This document shows positions 18,885 to 28,339 of a DNA stretch of 64,000 nucleotides, piece after piece; positions within the stretch are counted from its first letter, which is position 1; each line of letters begins with the position of its first letter. Origin of the DNA: a bacterium. GTDB lineage: Bacteria > Patescibacteriota > Minisyncoccia > UBA6257 > GWB1-50-10. Below the pieces are notes generated by a model. It saw only the letters and a program-made list of their open reading frames with translations. It was not told where the DNA came from and made no database searches. The stretch covers positions 21,858-85,857 of the forward strand of contig JAUSKB010000011.1 of assembly GCA_030647415.1 (NCBI GenBank). The letters run 5' to 3'. Position numbers and translations under genes: made by a program.

Positions 18885-19847
18885 ATGGCGATATCACGCA
18901 TGAAGCAAGCCAAACCCATGACCACTCGTCAAAAACTGGAAATCATCCGAAAGATGCTGGGACTGACCCAGACCAAGCTAGCCCAAAGGTTTGGGGTGTC
19001 CTTCGCGGCCTTCAACAGCTGGTGGACCGGTAAATCGAACCCGCGGCCGAAGATGCAGGCCGCCATCAACGAGCTGTTCCTGGAGGTGACCGGGCAGAAG
19101 ATAATCCCCGCCGACCAGCTCACCGCCAAGAAGCAGGCGTTGTCGCGGAAATCGGGAGAGCATGAAAACGTCGTGGCCGAAATTCTGGACAATCCGGATG
19201 TCCGCGACCAGTTCATATTGAAACTCACCTACCACAGCAACCGCATCGAAGGCAGTACGCTCACCGAGCCGGACACAGCAGCGATCCTTTTTGACAATGT
19301 CGCCTTGCCGAACAAAAGCATCATCGAACAGCTTGAAGCAAAAAACCACCAGACTGCCCTGAACTATCTTTTCGACTCTGTGGCCACGAAGGGGAAAATC
19401 AACGGGGCGCTGGTTCTCAAACTCCACGGCATTCTCATGAACGGCATAAAGTCGGATGCCGGCGCGTACCGCAACCATGGCGTGCGAATCACCGGTGTCA
19501 ATCTGCCGACCGCAAATTATGCAAGCGTACCGAAGTTGATGGCCGAAGCGATGCGCAAGACTGCCAAAAAAACGAAAGATGTCGTCGCACTCGTCGCCGC
19601 GGTGCACGGCACGTTTGAGCAGATCCATCCATTCTCCGACGGCAACGGTCGCACGGGCCGCCTGCTTATGGACGCCATGTTGCTTCAGGCAAATTTCGCC
19701 CCGCCCATCATCCGCCAAGAGCAAAAACGGCTCTACTACATGTATCTCTACAAAGCCCAGACCAAGGAGGATTACAGCCGGCTGGAGGATTTCCTCTGCG
19801 ATGCAATCGTGGACGGATTCAAAATCCTCGAGCGAGCTGATTCGTAG
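18885..19847 (+). CDS. XRE-HTH + Fic domain protein
   Basis: LGLTQTKLAQRFGVSF...W..G...P (HTH), SNRIEG inhibitory motif, HPFSDGNGRTGR Fic motif. Exact start uncertain (18885/18900/18918). Confidence 0.9.
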   Translation: MAISRMKQAKPMTTRQKLEIIRKMLGLTQTKLAQRFGVSFAAFNSWWTGKSNPRPKMQAAINELFLEVTGQKIIPADQLTAKKQALSRKSGEHENVVAEILDNPDVRDQFILKLTYHSNRIEGSTLTEPDTAAILFDNVALPNKSIIEQLEAKNHQTALNYLFDSVATKGKINGALVLKLHGILMNGIKSDAGAYRNHGVRITGVNLPTANYASVPKLMAEAMRKTAKKTKDVVALVAAVHGTFEQIHPFSDGNGRTGRLLMDAMLLQANFAPPIIRQEQKRLYYMYLYKAQTKEDYSRLEDFLCDAIVDGFKILERADS

Positions 19848-19922
19848 AAAAAGGTCTCGCGTGATCTCTGTCAGCGAACAACTTGAACTGTTCATGGCAC
19901 TGTTCTTGTGGTTGTTGGGATA

Positions 19923-20037
19923 CCCCCTAACTTCCCCTAGCCCGCAACAGTAACTCCCCCTAGCCCCCTCTTATGAATAAGAGGGGATATGCATTTCCCT
20001 CCTCCCCTTACCTATAAGGGGAGGTTGGGAGGGGTTA
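19923..20037. repeat. CCCCT(C)TTA-N-TAAG(A)GGGG hairpin cluster on the 3' side of the DUF559 gene
   Basis: taactccccctagccccctcttatgaataagagggg; ctccccttacctataaggggaggttgggaggggtta. Confidence 0.85.
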
Positions 20038-20386
20038 AGTCCGCGATTGCTTCGCGGACTTTTTCATACACACCCTCCAGATTCCGCAACACGTCATTGT
20101 TCCAAAATCGAATCACCATGATGTTTTGCTCCCGAAGGTATGCGGTCCGAACCGCGTCAGAATCGCTATCAATGTGCTGGCTCCCATCAACCTCTATCGC
20201 CAATCGAAACGCCGGACAGTAAAAATCCAGAATGTACGCACCGATGCCGTACTGCCTGAAAAACTTCACTCCGTTCATACGCTTGCCACGAAGCACACCC
20301 CACAGCTTCCGTTCCGCCTCAGTCTGCGACCTGCGCAACGACCTGCGCCGTTCCTTTAGGTCCTCACTGTTATAGAGGTGGGGCAT
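20012..20386 (-). CDS. DUF559 / Vsr-like endonuclease-domain protein
   Basis: RSLRRSQTEAERKLW..LR, KFFRQYGIGAYILDFYC...LAIEVDGSQH, D..R...L, VIRFWNNDV. Confidence 0.92.
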   Translation of the reverse strand: MPHLYNSEDLKERRRSLRRSQTEAERKLWGVLRGKRMNGVKFFRQYGIGAYILDFYCPAFRLAIEVDGSQHIDSDSDAVRTAYLREQNIMVIRFWNNDVLRNLEGVYEKVREAIADLTPPNLPL

Positions 20387-20394
20387 AATTCCAG

Positions 20395-20473
20395 TAACCC
20401 CTCTCATTCTCCCCTTATGCTAAAGGGGGTACCCTCCTAACTCCCCCAACCCCCTCTTATTCTAAGAGGGGGG
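20395..20473. repeat. Same hairpin family on the 5' side of the DUF559 gene
   Basis: ctccccttatgctaaaggggg; taactcccccaaccccctcttattctaagagggggg. Confidence 0.85.
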
Positions 20474-21599
20474 CGCCCCGGCGAAGGCGGACGATCTCCC
20501 GGTCGATGAGGAGCGGGTACCAGAGACCGTGCAGTACGTGGTACCGCCACCCCGTCGGACCGTCGAGAAACCCGCCGCGCAGAATGAACACATACCCGAA
20601 GTAGAGGACAGCGCGGAGAAAGAGCGGCAGTCGGTCGTACGCACCCCGCCTCCCCGCCCGCAGTCTCTGTTCGGTGTCCGCACCAACGGCAGCTGTAACC
20701 CCCCCTAGCCCCCCCTTATCGGTAAGGGGGGGGAGCGGACCTAACCCCACCTTATGAGCAAGGGGGGGGATTGGACCTAACCCCACCGTATCTGTAAGGG
20801 GGAGGATCGGGCCTAGCCCAACCGTATGAGCAAGAGAAGTGAGCGGAATCGACCTCCCCTTATCATAAGGGGAGGCAGGAGGGGTTACCCCTCTCCTCTG
20901 CCAATATTCTTTTGCTTTTAAGACGGCATACCGCCGGTGCTTCGCTTTCCAATCCGCGAGGCCGCGACGGTCGTCGTGCACAAGGTCGTGCTCCAGCTTT
21001 CCCGTCGCGCCGTCCACCGCGAAATGCTCGTCCATGAGTTGCCCCTCGCACCGCGCCACCGACCGCCGCATGAGCCGCAGAATCCAGACGGGATAGTACC
21101 CGCCGTGGCGGATCCACCGCCCATCCCACATGAACCGGCGTTTGAGATAGTAGCCGTTTATAGGTGATGTAGGCGCGTGCTCATCTTGTAAATTAACCTC
21201 GATACCCCTCATAACCCCTCCCAACCTCCCCTTATGATAAGGGGAGGCAGGAGGAGTTACTTCCTCGGCGTTTGTCGTTGGTTGTTTATTGTTTATTATT
21301 TGCCCAACCTCCTCCTTCAGCTCCTCCGTCGGATACTCGTCAGCGTCCACGAAGAGCACCCACTCGTTTCGGACCGGAAGCTCCCGGAGCGCCCAGTTCC
21401 GCTGCTCCACGAACCCGGCGAACGTATGCTCCACAACCGTTGCACCCGCCTCTCGTGCAATCGCCGCCGTCCGATCAATGGAGCCCGAGTCGAGAACCAC
21501 GACCTCGTCCGCCCACCCCACGACGTGCTCAAGGCACCGGGCGATGTTCGCCTCCTCGTCCCTGGTGAGCACAACAACTGCGACCGGCGCCACTTTCAT
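20457..21599 (-). CDS. GT2 glycosyltransferase (KdtX/beta-1,4-glucosyltransferase-like) with two repeat-derived inserts
   Basis: LTRDEEANI, LDSGSIDRT, QRNWAL, VDADE, RHGGYYP, GFLDG..G. Confidence 0.88.
   Translation of the reverse strand: MKVAPVAVVVLTRDEEANIARCLEHVVGWADEVVVLDSGSIDRTAAIAREAGATVVEHTFAGFVEQRNWALRELPVRNEWVLFVDADEYPTEELKEEVGQIINNKQPTTNAEEVTPPASPYHKGRLGGVMRGIEVNLQDEHAPTSPINGYYLKRRFMWDGRWIRHGGYYPVWILRLMRRSVARCEGQLMDEHFAVDGATGKLEHDLVHDDRRGLADWKAKHRRYAVLKAKEYWQRRGVTPPASPYDKGRSIPLTSLAHTVGLGPILPLTDTVGLGPIPPLAHKVGLGPLPPLTDKGGLGGVTAAVGADTEQRLRAGRRGAYDRLPLFLRAVLYFGYVFILRGGFLDGPTGWRYHVLHGLWYPLLIDREIVRLRRGAPLLE
20696..20888. repeat. In-frame insert: DUF559-type hairpins plus a 4x36-bp tandem repeat
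   Basis: ggacctaaccccac at 20737 and 20773 (36-bp period). Protein units SLAHTVGLGPIL/PLTDTVGLGPIP/PLAHKVGLGPLP/PLTDKGGLGGVT. Confidence 0.85.
21212..21260. repeat. In-frame DUF559-type hairpin element
   Basis: taacccctcccaacctccccttatgataaggggaggcaggaggagttac, encoding VTPPASPYHKGRLGGV. Confidence 0.85.
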
Positions 21600-21602
21600 G
21601 CC

Positions 21603-22391
21603 TTACCTCTTGGTTCGTTTCAACTCTCGGCGGTACACGCGATCCCGCTGCGCGATGGTGTCTGTGAGCCAACTCCTCATGTGGTGACAGTTTGAAACGA
21701 CACAGTGCCCCCCGATGCCGCCGGGCATGTGTTTCAGAACCGGACGTGCGACGTACGGCTTCCCGAGCTTCCGATACCCCACGTTGTAGTCCTTGTTCGG
21801 CACGGTGTACACCTCGTCGTAGTCGAGCTCCCACTGAGCGCACAGCCGCTTCGCCTCCTTCGCGAAGACGATGTTCCATCCGTAGTACGCGGTATCAAGA
21901 AGCTTCGCGAGCTCGGTCGTTTCCGGCTTCCGGAACGTCACGGTTTTGAACCCTACCCGAGCGAACACATCCGCCGCGCGTTTCGCCTTCGGTCCGGCGA
22001 AGTACTTCGGGAAGGCGAAGAGGCTTCGGGCGAAGTGCCGGGGATTCCCGACCACGACGTGCGGCGATGCGTTCGTGACCCCAGGGTGATGCCTCTTCGT
22101 GTGCATGCCGCGAATCGGGCTGTGTACCGCACGCCTCCCTATTTTCATAGTGGTTCCGACGGGCACCGTCGAGTGCACGATGACGAGCGATGGCCGATAC
22201 AGGGCAATGTAGCGCTTCGTCGCTCTCACAAAATTCTTTGCCATCGGATACGCGATATGCATTACATCGAAACGCCCCTTCAAACCCACTTCTGCGTCTC
22301 GTAGGGAAACAGGAAAGGCACGCGACAACACTATAGCGAGCGCCTGCCCCACCTCGCCTGCGCCGATAATCAAATGCCGTTCTTTGCTCAT
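21603..22391 (-). CDS. Short UDP-glucose/GDP-mannose dehydrogenase-family protein (appears to lack the C-terminal domain)
   Basis: IIGAGEVG, HSTVPVGTT, ETTELAKL, GGIGGHCV. Start MSKERHL at 22391. Confidence 0.75.
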   Translation of the reverse strand: MSKERHLIIGAGEVGQALAIVLSRAFPVSLRDAEVGLKGRFDVMHIAYPMAKNFVRATKRYIALYRPSLVIVHSTVPVGTTMKIGRRAVHSPIRGMHTKRHHPGVTNASPHVVVGNPRHFARSLFAFPKYFAGPKAKRAADVFARVGFKTVTFRKPETTELAKLLDTAYYGWNIVFAKEAKRLCAQWELDYDEVYTVPNKDYNVGYRKLGKPYVARPVLKHMPGGIGGHCVVSNCHHMRSWLTDTIAQRDRVYRRELKRTKR

Positions 22392-22550
22392 ATCATTTTG
22401 TAACCTGGCCATTTTCTCGAACAGTATTATATACGGAACAGGGTTGTCCCGCCACCGCGCGCGGGGAAAATGTCTCAAGCGCGAATTTCGGGCACCGAGC
22501 GCAAGATTTTCCCGACGCGATGCGTCCGTGAGCAAACAAACGAGCGCCCC

Positions 22551-22640
22551 TCAGAGCACCCGCGCCGTCTTACGGCAACGCCGCAAAGAGTTCGCCTCCT
22601 CGTCCCTGGTGAGAATGATAACGGTGAGGGGCGTTTTCAT
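22551..22640 (-). pseudogene. Orphan 5' fragment of the GT2 gene
   Basis: MKTPLTVIILTRDEEANSLRRC...*. A 24-bp stretch (22590-22613) is identical to 21546-21569, and its ATG is coupled (ATGA) to the upstream GT4 stop. Confidence 0.8.
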
Positions 22641-23812
22641 GCCAATCGAACAAGTTCAGTGTATGCCTCCCGGAAGGCGTGGGCGACTTTCGGCGCGAGG
22701 AAAGATTTTTCAACAAGGGACTTCCCGCGAACTCCCATATCGTGCGCAACCGTACGGTTCCCCAGAACCTTGAGAATTGCCCCCGCAACCGCCGCCTCGT
22801 CCTTTTCCACCACCAATCCCGCACCCGAATCCGCGACTTCGCGGGAGAGCGCGACTCCGGGAGTCACGACAACCGGGAGTCCGGCATACATCGCCTGGAT
22901 GACAGCCATCCCGAAATTCTCCGAGTACGAGGGGAGCACAAACACATCGGCGTCCGTGAGCGCGGGGACATTCATACCTTCGAATGGCCCGGTGAATAGG
23001 ATGCTCTTTTGCAATTGGTAATTGGAAAGTAGTAATTGGACATTTTTCTTGTACCCTTCATCGCCCGAACCGCTTATGACAAGAAGCACTCTCGGGTCTT
23101 TCTTCGCAACGCGCGCAAGGGCAGGAATGAGCGTGTCGAACCCCTTCTTCCATCCGATGCGCCCCATCGCGAGCACGATACGCCGGTCGAGGGAAATCTT
23201 CCACTTCGAGCGGAAATCACCGGGGGCCGCCGGAGGCCACCCTTCGGTGTCAAGCCCGTTCGGGATAACGAATGCCCTCCGGAGCGGAAATCCGGCGCCC
23301 GCATACTCTTCGCGTTCCGTCTCGCTTGTGAAGTGAATGGCGGCGGCGTGAGCGAGGTTCCGCCGCTCGATGAGCGCGAGGTAGAGGCGCTTCTTCAGGG
23401 CACTTTTCATTCCGAGCGGCTCGCACATCAAACTGCCACGAGGAGAGATGATGTAGGGCTTTCCCGCGCGACGCGCGGCGCTGGCGGCGAGAGTCGAGGC
23501 CGCGAGGAACACTGAGGTGACGTGAACGAGGTCAAATTCACCCGTGCGCTCTTTGAGCGCGCGCCGGAGTGCGGATGAGTACATCCACCGAGCCGGAAAC
23601 GACACGGGAAAGTACCACACCTTCACGCCGTCAATGTCTATCTCCTGGTTCAACACGACGTTCAACCGGTTCGGTCCGTCAGCATTCGTCGTAAAGACCG
23701 TCACCGCAACCCCCCCGCGCACAAGCCACTTGTTCAAGGCGTGGACCGAGATGATCGGCCCCCCGTACCGATACGCGGGTAGGTAGCTCGGCACTATATG
23801 GAGAATCTTCAT
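22637..23812 (-). CDS. GT4 glycosyltransferase
   Basis: MKILHIVPSYLPA.RYGGP, SPRG, GRIGWKKG, FVLPSYSENFG. Confidence 0.92.
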   Translation of the reverse strand: MKILHIVPSYLPAYRYGGPIISVHALNKWLVRGGVAVTVFTTNADGPNRLNVVLNQEIDIDGVKVWYFPVSFPARWMYSSALRRALKERTGEFDLVHVTSVFLAASTLAASAARRAGKPYIISPRGSLMCEPLGMKSALKKRLYLALIERRNLAHAAAIHFTSETEREEYAGAGFPLRRAFVIPNGLDTEGWPPAAPGDFRSKWKISLDRRIVLAMGRIGWKKGFDTLIPALARVAKKDPRVLLVISGSGDEGYKKNVQLLLSNYQLQKSILFTGPFEGMNVPALTDADVFVLPSYSENFGMAVIQAMYAGLPVVVTPGVALSREVADSGAGLVVEKDEAAVAGAILKVLGNRTVAHDMGVRGKSLVEKSFLAPKVAHAFREAYTELVRLA

Positions 23813-24552
23813 CTCTTTGGCGTAGCCAGAATCTCACTCGTCTCAGCGAGCGGAAATCCATCGAGCGCTACCACGTCGTACCCGAACCCCACGAGCATCG
23901 TCTGGCACTCGGCCCGGTTCGCGTCGGTATGTATCGCGATGAAAAGTATGGGGCGACCGGTGCGAATGGTGTTCGTGGCGCCATGGAGCACGGCGGACTC
24001 CGCACCTTCGACATCGATTTTTATCACATTGGGCACCGGGCACTTCATGACGGAAATAAAATCATCGAGCGACGTCGTTTTCACTTGCACGTCGGTCGTC
24101 TTGTCTGCCATCAAACCGCTGAAAGAATCCTCTTTGGTGTCAAAATATGCAGTTCCGGAACGATCGGAAACGGCCGCTTCGATGATCTTCACGTTCCCAC
24201 AATGATTCAGCTCACAGTGCCGTTTCAGAAAAGCGAGGTTCCGTGGCAACGGCTCGAACGCGACTATCTTTCCCCGAATTCCGACTGCCCGAGAAGCGAG
24301 GAGTGTGTAGAACCCGGCGTGCGCTCCGATGTCAAAGACGATATCGGCTTCGTGTAGTGAACGAAAGAACGCTCTCTGTTTCTTCGCTTCGTATGTTCCG
24401 AGCCAATAACTCGCGTTCCCCGAGCCCTTTACCCACCATGCGCCGCGGAGCGGGCCAGAAAGCACCGGCACCACGGTCCTGTCGGGGATAACCTGAAGAA
24501 TGGTTCGTGCTACTGATCGCCACGTCATGTGATTTTCTCCCTCCGGTTCCAT
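23809..24552 (-). CDS. FkbM-family methyltransferase
   Basis: FDIGAHAGFYT, AFEP, IKIDVEGAE. Confidence 0.92.
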   Translation of the reverse strand: MEPEGENHMTWRSVARTILQVIPDRTVVPVLSGPLRGAWWVKGSGNASYWLGTYEAKKQRAFFRSLHEADIVFDIGAHAGFYTLLASRAVGIRGKIVAFEPLPRNLAFLKRHCELNHCGNVKIIEAAVSDRSGTAYFDTKEDSFSGLMADKTTDVQVKTTSLDDFISVMKCPVPNVIKIDVEGAESAVLHGATNTIRTGRPILFIAIHTDANRAECQTMLVGFGYDVVALDGFPLAETSEILATPKR

Positions 24553-24598
24553 ATACACTACCACCCTGAAATGAAATTCTCACGTCTCTCCGAACGTT

Positions 24599-26062
24599 TT
24601 ATGCGGAGCGGACCAACGATAGAATCTCGTCCAAGGCTCGCTCCTTCAAGAGCTTGAGAATGGCGAAATACACGGCACCGGAGAGGGCGATGTTCAAGAG
24701 AACTGGCCAACCCAGCATCTGAAAAAACCAAGCGAGGACCATCATCGGAACGGCTGCCCCAAAAATTTTCGAAAACCCTCCCCAGAGCGAAAACGGTGTT
24801 ATTTTTCTGCACAGCCGGAACGTAAGATACGAGTACACGACACTCGACATGAGCGTCGCAAACGATGCCCCGATCATACCCAATCGCGGAATAAGGAGGA
24901 AATTCAATCCGATACTGACAAGGGATGTGATAATCGCAATCGCGATTGTTTTGCGTTGTTGATCGTATGCAAATATGCAATTTGTAAAAATGACCATGGG
25001 AAATGTGGCAAGAATGGAAAACAAGAGAATTGCCATGGCGCTTGCTCCCGAAATATACGCCGCGCCGAAAATGAATTCCAAAAGCGGGGCGCCAAGCACG
25101 ACACCGCCAAGCACGAGCGGCACCGCGAACAGGAACAGAACCCGGAGCACGCTCTCTATGACCTGGCGGGTACGCATCGGGTCCCCTGAATGCGCGAGTC
25201 TGGAAAACATAGGAAACATACTGGTAGCCACAAGAGCTGCCGGCACCCCCAGGATGCCAACTATTTTCTGAATGGCCGCGTAAATCCCGACATCGCCGGT
25301 GGTCTTCCAAAAACCGAGCATAATGATGTCGACATTGACCAAAAAGAGGCCGACAATCCCCCCCACCGCAATCGGCCATGCCGATTGCAAAATCGGGACA
25401 ACCAAATCTTTATTGAAGCTTTTGAAAAAGCCCTGAATGTGGCGAATGAATACGATTCCCCCCGCGAGAAAGACACCGAAAAGAGCGGCGGCGGCATATG
25501 CCATGGCCAGATATAAAGGGCTTTTCGAGACCATGAGCGCACCGAAACCGAAAACCACGAGCGCAATGTTGGACGCGAGCGTGACCACGGCCTCCCACTC
25601 CATCTTTTCGATGCCCCGGAAAAAGGCAACGAAGAGATCCCTCATGTCGTCGGCAATGAACATCACCATAAGCGCCGGAATCAGCGTAAGCGCCTCCGGG
25701 ATGTGGGTGAAAAGCGGTGCCACAAACAAGAGGAGGGCGGCGGTTATCACAAGGAGGCCTACCTCCAGCCAGAACGAAGTCGCGAACAGCTGGTTCCGCT
25801 CCGCCGGGCGATGGGCGACCTCTCGCGTCATAATCCCATCAACTCCGATATTCTTGAAAAAAAGGAAGAAGCTGGTGAGACCAACCGCATATGAAAACAC
25901 CCCATAGCCGGAGGTTCCAAGCGCCCGCGCCGCATAAATCGTGATAGCGCTCCTGATGACGCGCCCTCCCACCTGGCTCGTCATCAGCCACAGGAAGTTC
26001 TTCACGACGGTTCCCTTCTGACTGTGATCACCAAAGAATAATTTTTTAAATGTGCGTACCAT
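24599..26062 (-). CDS. wzx: Second Wzx-type flippase
   Basis: KNFLWL...AARALG..GYGVFSYA, VDIIMLG...VGIYAA, LIPRLGMIGASFAT. Confidence 0.9.
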   Translation of the reverse strand: MVRTFKKLFFGDHSQKGTVVKNFLWLMTSQVGGRVIRSAITIYAARALGTSGYGVFSYAVGLTSFFLFFKNIGVDGIMTREVAHRPAERNQLFATSFWLEVGLLVITAALLLFVAPLFTHIPEALTLIPALMVMFIADDMRDLFVAFFRGIEKMEWEAVVTLASNIALVVFGFGALMVSKSPLYLAMAYAAAALFGVFLAGGIVFIRHIQGFFKSFNKDLVVPILQSAWPIAVGGIVGLFLVNVDIIMLGFWKTTGDVGIYAAIQKIVGILGVPAALVATSMFPMFSRLAHSGDPMRTRQVIESVLRVLFLFAVPLVLGGVVLGAPLLEFIFGAAYISGASAMAILLFSILATFPMVIFTNCIFAYDQQRKTIAIAIITSLVSIGLNFLLIPRLGMIGASFATLMSSVVYSYLTFRLCRKITPFSLWGGFSKIFGAAVPMMVLAWFFQMLGWPVLLNIALSGAVYFAILKLLKERALDEILSLVRSA

Positions 26063-26103
26063 GAGAATAGTCGCAGTCCGGAGAATTTATTTTATCCCCG
26101 AAA

Positions 26104-27309
26104 TCATACCCCATTTTTAACCGCCAAGATACGTTCGTATTCCTTCACCATCTTATCGCCGTAATTATCCCAGGTAAAACCCGCCAACACTCTTGTTTTG
26201 GCGGACTGTCCCATTGCTCCACGAATTTCAGGATTTTCATAAAGATACAGCAGCTTTTCTTTTAATCCGGCGACGTCGCGGATGGGAATTATAAAACCGT
26301 CTTGTCCTCCCCGCACAATATCTTCCGCGCCCGTATTCGTTGTTGCGATTATGGGCAATCCGCACGCCATTGCCTGAATGATTACCATCCCAAATCCGTC
26401 CTGGATGGAATTCAATACAAAAACCGATGATTGACTATAATAGGATGCGAGCTTACGCTGCGGCACGCGGCCGATCCACCGGTAATGTCCTTTAAATGTA
26501 TCGAAAAACGGCTTTATCTCATCGCTGAAGCCACCGACAAGCAATAGTTCTGAATTAGGAAGATTAAGTTCGGTAAATGCCTGTAGCAGATAGTGCACGC
26601 CTTTTTGTAAAGACATACCGCCGGCATAAACAACCCTGAAAACATCATCGGTTTTGGGGGTTTGTCTAAACTCCGCAAGATCCACGCCATACGGAATATG
26701 GATCAATTTTTCCTCCGGGATGCCGGCATCCAGAAAAGTTCTCCTGACAAACAGCGAAGGAATGGATATGTAGTCCGCTTCTTCGTATTCATTAAGTTCC
26801 TTTTCGATGATTTTTGGATGGGGCAGCTGAAACGGCTCAAGACGAACGCCGAATTTTTCATATTCCTCTTTGAGAATTTTATCCTGATAAAGGATGTGCG
26901 CGCTCCCTCGTTCGATAATGGTGGTGGCACCCAATCGCTTGGCGACAATCAGGCTCTTCAGAGAAGCCGAAGACGCTCCCACAAAAATATCGCATGGCTT
27001 GAGGATTCGCGCCGCTAATCTATCAAAGGTTTCGAGGATAAGAAACTGCGGATTATAGTAGGTGCGCAAAATCGGAATTTTTTGCCAACCCCGCTGAACT
27101 ATTTCCTTACTAATGATCGAATCTGTCTTGTCGCGCGGAATTCCATATTTAACAACTTCAAACTTTGGATAAGAAGTGATGAGCTGTGAAAGGTAGCCAC
27201 GTTTCAAAAGCTGCTGAGCGAGATTGAACAAATGGAACCGACCCGGAACAGAAATTACGACTTTCACGTTTTTGTTATTGAAAAATTGGATTACTTCCTC
27301 ACTATCCAC
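26104..27309 (-). CDS. GT4 glycosyltransferase
   Basis: PYGVD, YAGG...KG, SIQDGFGMVIIQAMACGLP. Confidence 0.92.
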   Translation of the reverse strand: MDSEEVIQFFNNKNVKVVISVPGRFHLFNLAQQLLKRGYLSQLITSYPKFEVVKYGIPRDKTDSIISKEIVQRGWQKIPILRTYYNPQFLILETFDRLAARILKPCDIFVGASSASLKSLIVAKRLGATTIIERGSAHILYQDKILKEEYEKFGVRLEPFQLPHPKIIEKELNEYEEADYISIPSLFVRRTFLDAGIPEEKLIHIPYGVDLAEFRQTPKTDDVFRVVYAGGMSLQKGVHYLLQAFTELNLPNSELLLVGGFSDEIKPFFDTFKGHYRWIGRVPQRKLASYYSQSSVFVLNSIQDGFGMVIIQAMACGLPIIATTNTGAEDIVRGGQDGFIIPIRDVAGLKEKLLYLYENPEIRGAMGQSAKTRVLAGFTWDNYGDKMVKEYERILAVKNGV

Positions 27310-28322
27310 TCTCCGAGCCTCTGGAAAACACGTAGAGGGGAAATGATAAAAGAAAGAAATTTTTCTTTACAAGAGTAATCACTGAAGAAATCACGAAGTG
27401 CTTTCCATGGCGAACCGGATGCCCGCTTGAGCAACAAATCAAAGAACGTCCCCGCGAGCGTATTGGAGCCTATAAATATCCTCCAGCGGGAAAGGTACTG
27501 GGGTGCGTGGTTCTTATAGAAATAACTGTGTCCAACCTGGTCCATGTGATTGAATTTTATATGGTCGCCAATGGCGCCCCTCGTGAGACCAAAGAACATT
27601 TTCACGGAGTTGCCCTGATGTTCCGTGCTTTCGTAAAATACGTTATCCAGATAATACATAAACTTATAGTCCGCAAGGATAGCCAAAAATATTACGACAT
27701 CCATTATTTTTCCGCCTCTCCGATACGCATTGTCATACCCCCATGTATTGGGAATTATATCCATAAAATGCTTCAGCATATCCCCGCGCCTCACCGTACA
27801 TGCAGTACAAACAATTGCCGGTTTCCTGTAAAAATTACCGAACAAATATGAGGCATCGTAGCGGCCGGGGGGGTGCGTGGTCTCGTTCAAGACGCTGAAT
27901 GTACCATCAGGCTTCGCGAGGTACGTTCGTATCCCGGCACCCACGAACGCAACATCGGGGTACCTCTCAAAAACTCTCATTTTCTCCTCAATGAAGTCGT
28001 CGGTGAGACGGTCATCGCTTCCCAGGTGTTGGACGTACTCACCGGTGGCAAGCTCGAACGTGCGGCCCCAATTGGGGACCATGCCGAGGTTCTTTTCGTT
28101 CCGGTAATACTTGACCCGCGGGTCGCGCGTCGCGTACGCCTTAATGACATCCGGCGTCGAATCGGTGCTCGCATCGTCTACCACTACAATCTCAATATTC
28201 CGATAGGTCTGACGAAGACAAGAATCAATGGATCGTTTGATAAGCTCGGGGCGGTTGTATGCCGGTATGCAGATGGATACTAGTGGGTTTTTCATGGGTA
28301 CTATTTGGTTCTTTGTTGCCAC
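27291..28322 (-). CDS. GT2 glycosyltransferase
   Basis: PLVSICIPAYN, VVDDASTD, NEKNLG, LGSDD. Confidence 0.92.
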   Translation of the reverse strand: MATKNQIVPMKNPLVSICIPAYNRPELIKRSIDSCLRQTYRNIEIVVVDDASTDSTPDVIKAYATRDPRVKYYRNEKNLGMVPNWGRTFELATGEYVQHLGSDDRLTDDFIEEKMRVFERYPDVAFVGAGIRTYLAKPDGTFSVLNETTHPPGRYDASYLFGNFYRKPAIVCTACTVRRGDMLKHFMDIIPNTWGYDNAYRRGGKIMDVVIFLAILADYKFMYYLDNVFYESTEHQGNSVKMFFGLTRGAIGDHIKFNHMDQVGHSYFYKNHAPQYLSRWRIFIGSNTLAGTFFDLLLKRASGSPWKALRDFFSDYSCKEKFLSFIISPLRVFQRLGEWIVRK

Positions 28323-28339
28323 TCCGATAACTCGAACGG

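Noticed and set aside
15451-20386. Prophage or IS-bounded island
   Set aside because: No integrase, transposase or phage structural gene and no bounding att repeats were seen. It is better described as an insertion hotspot.
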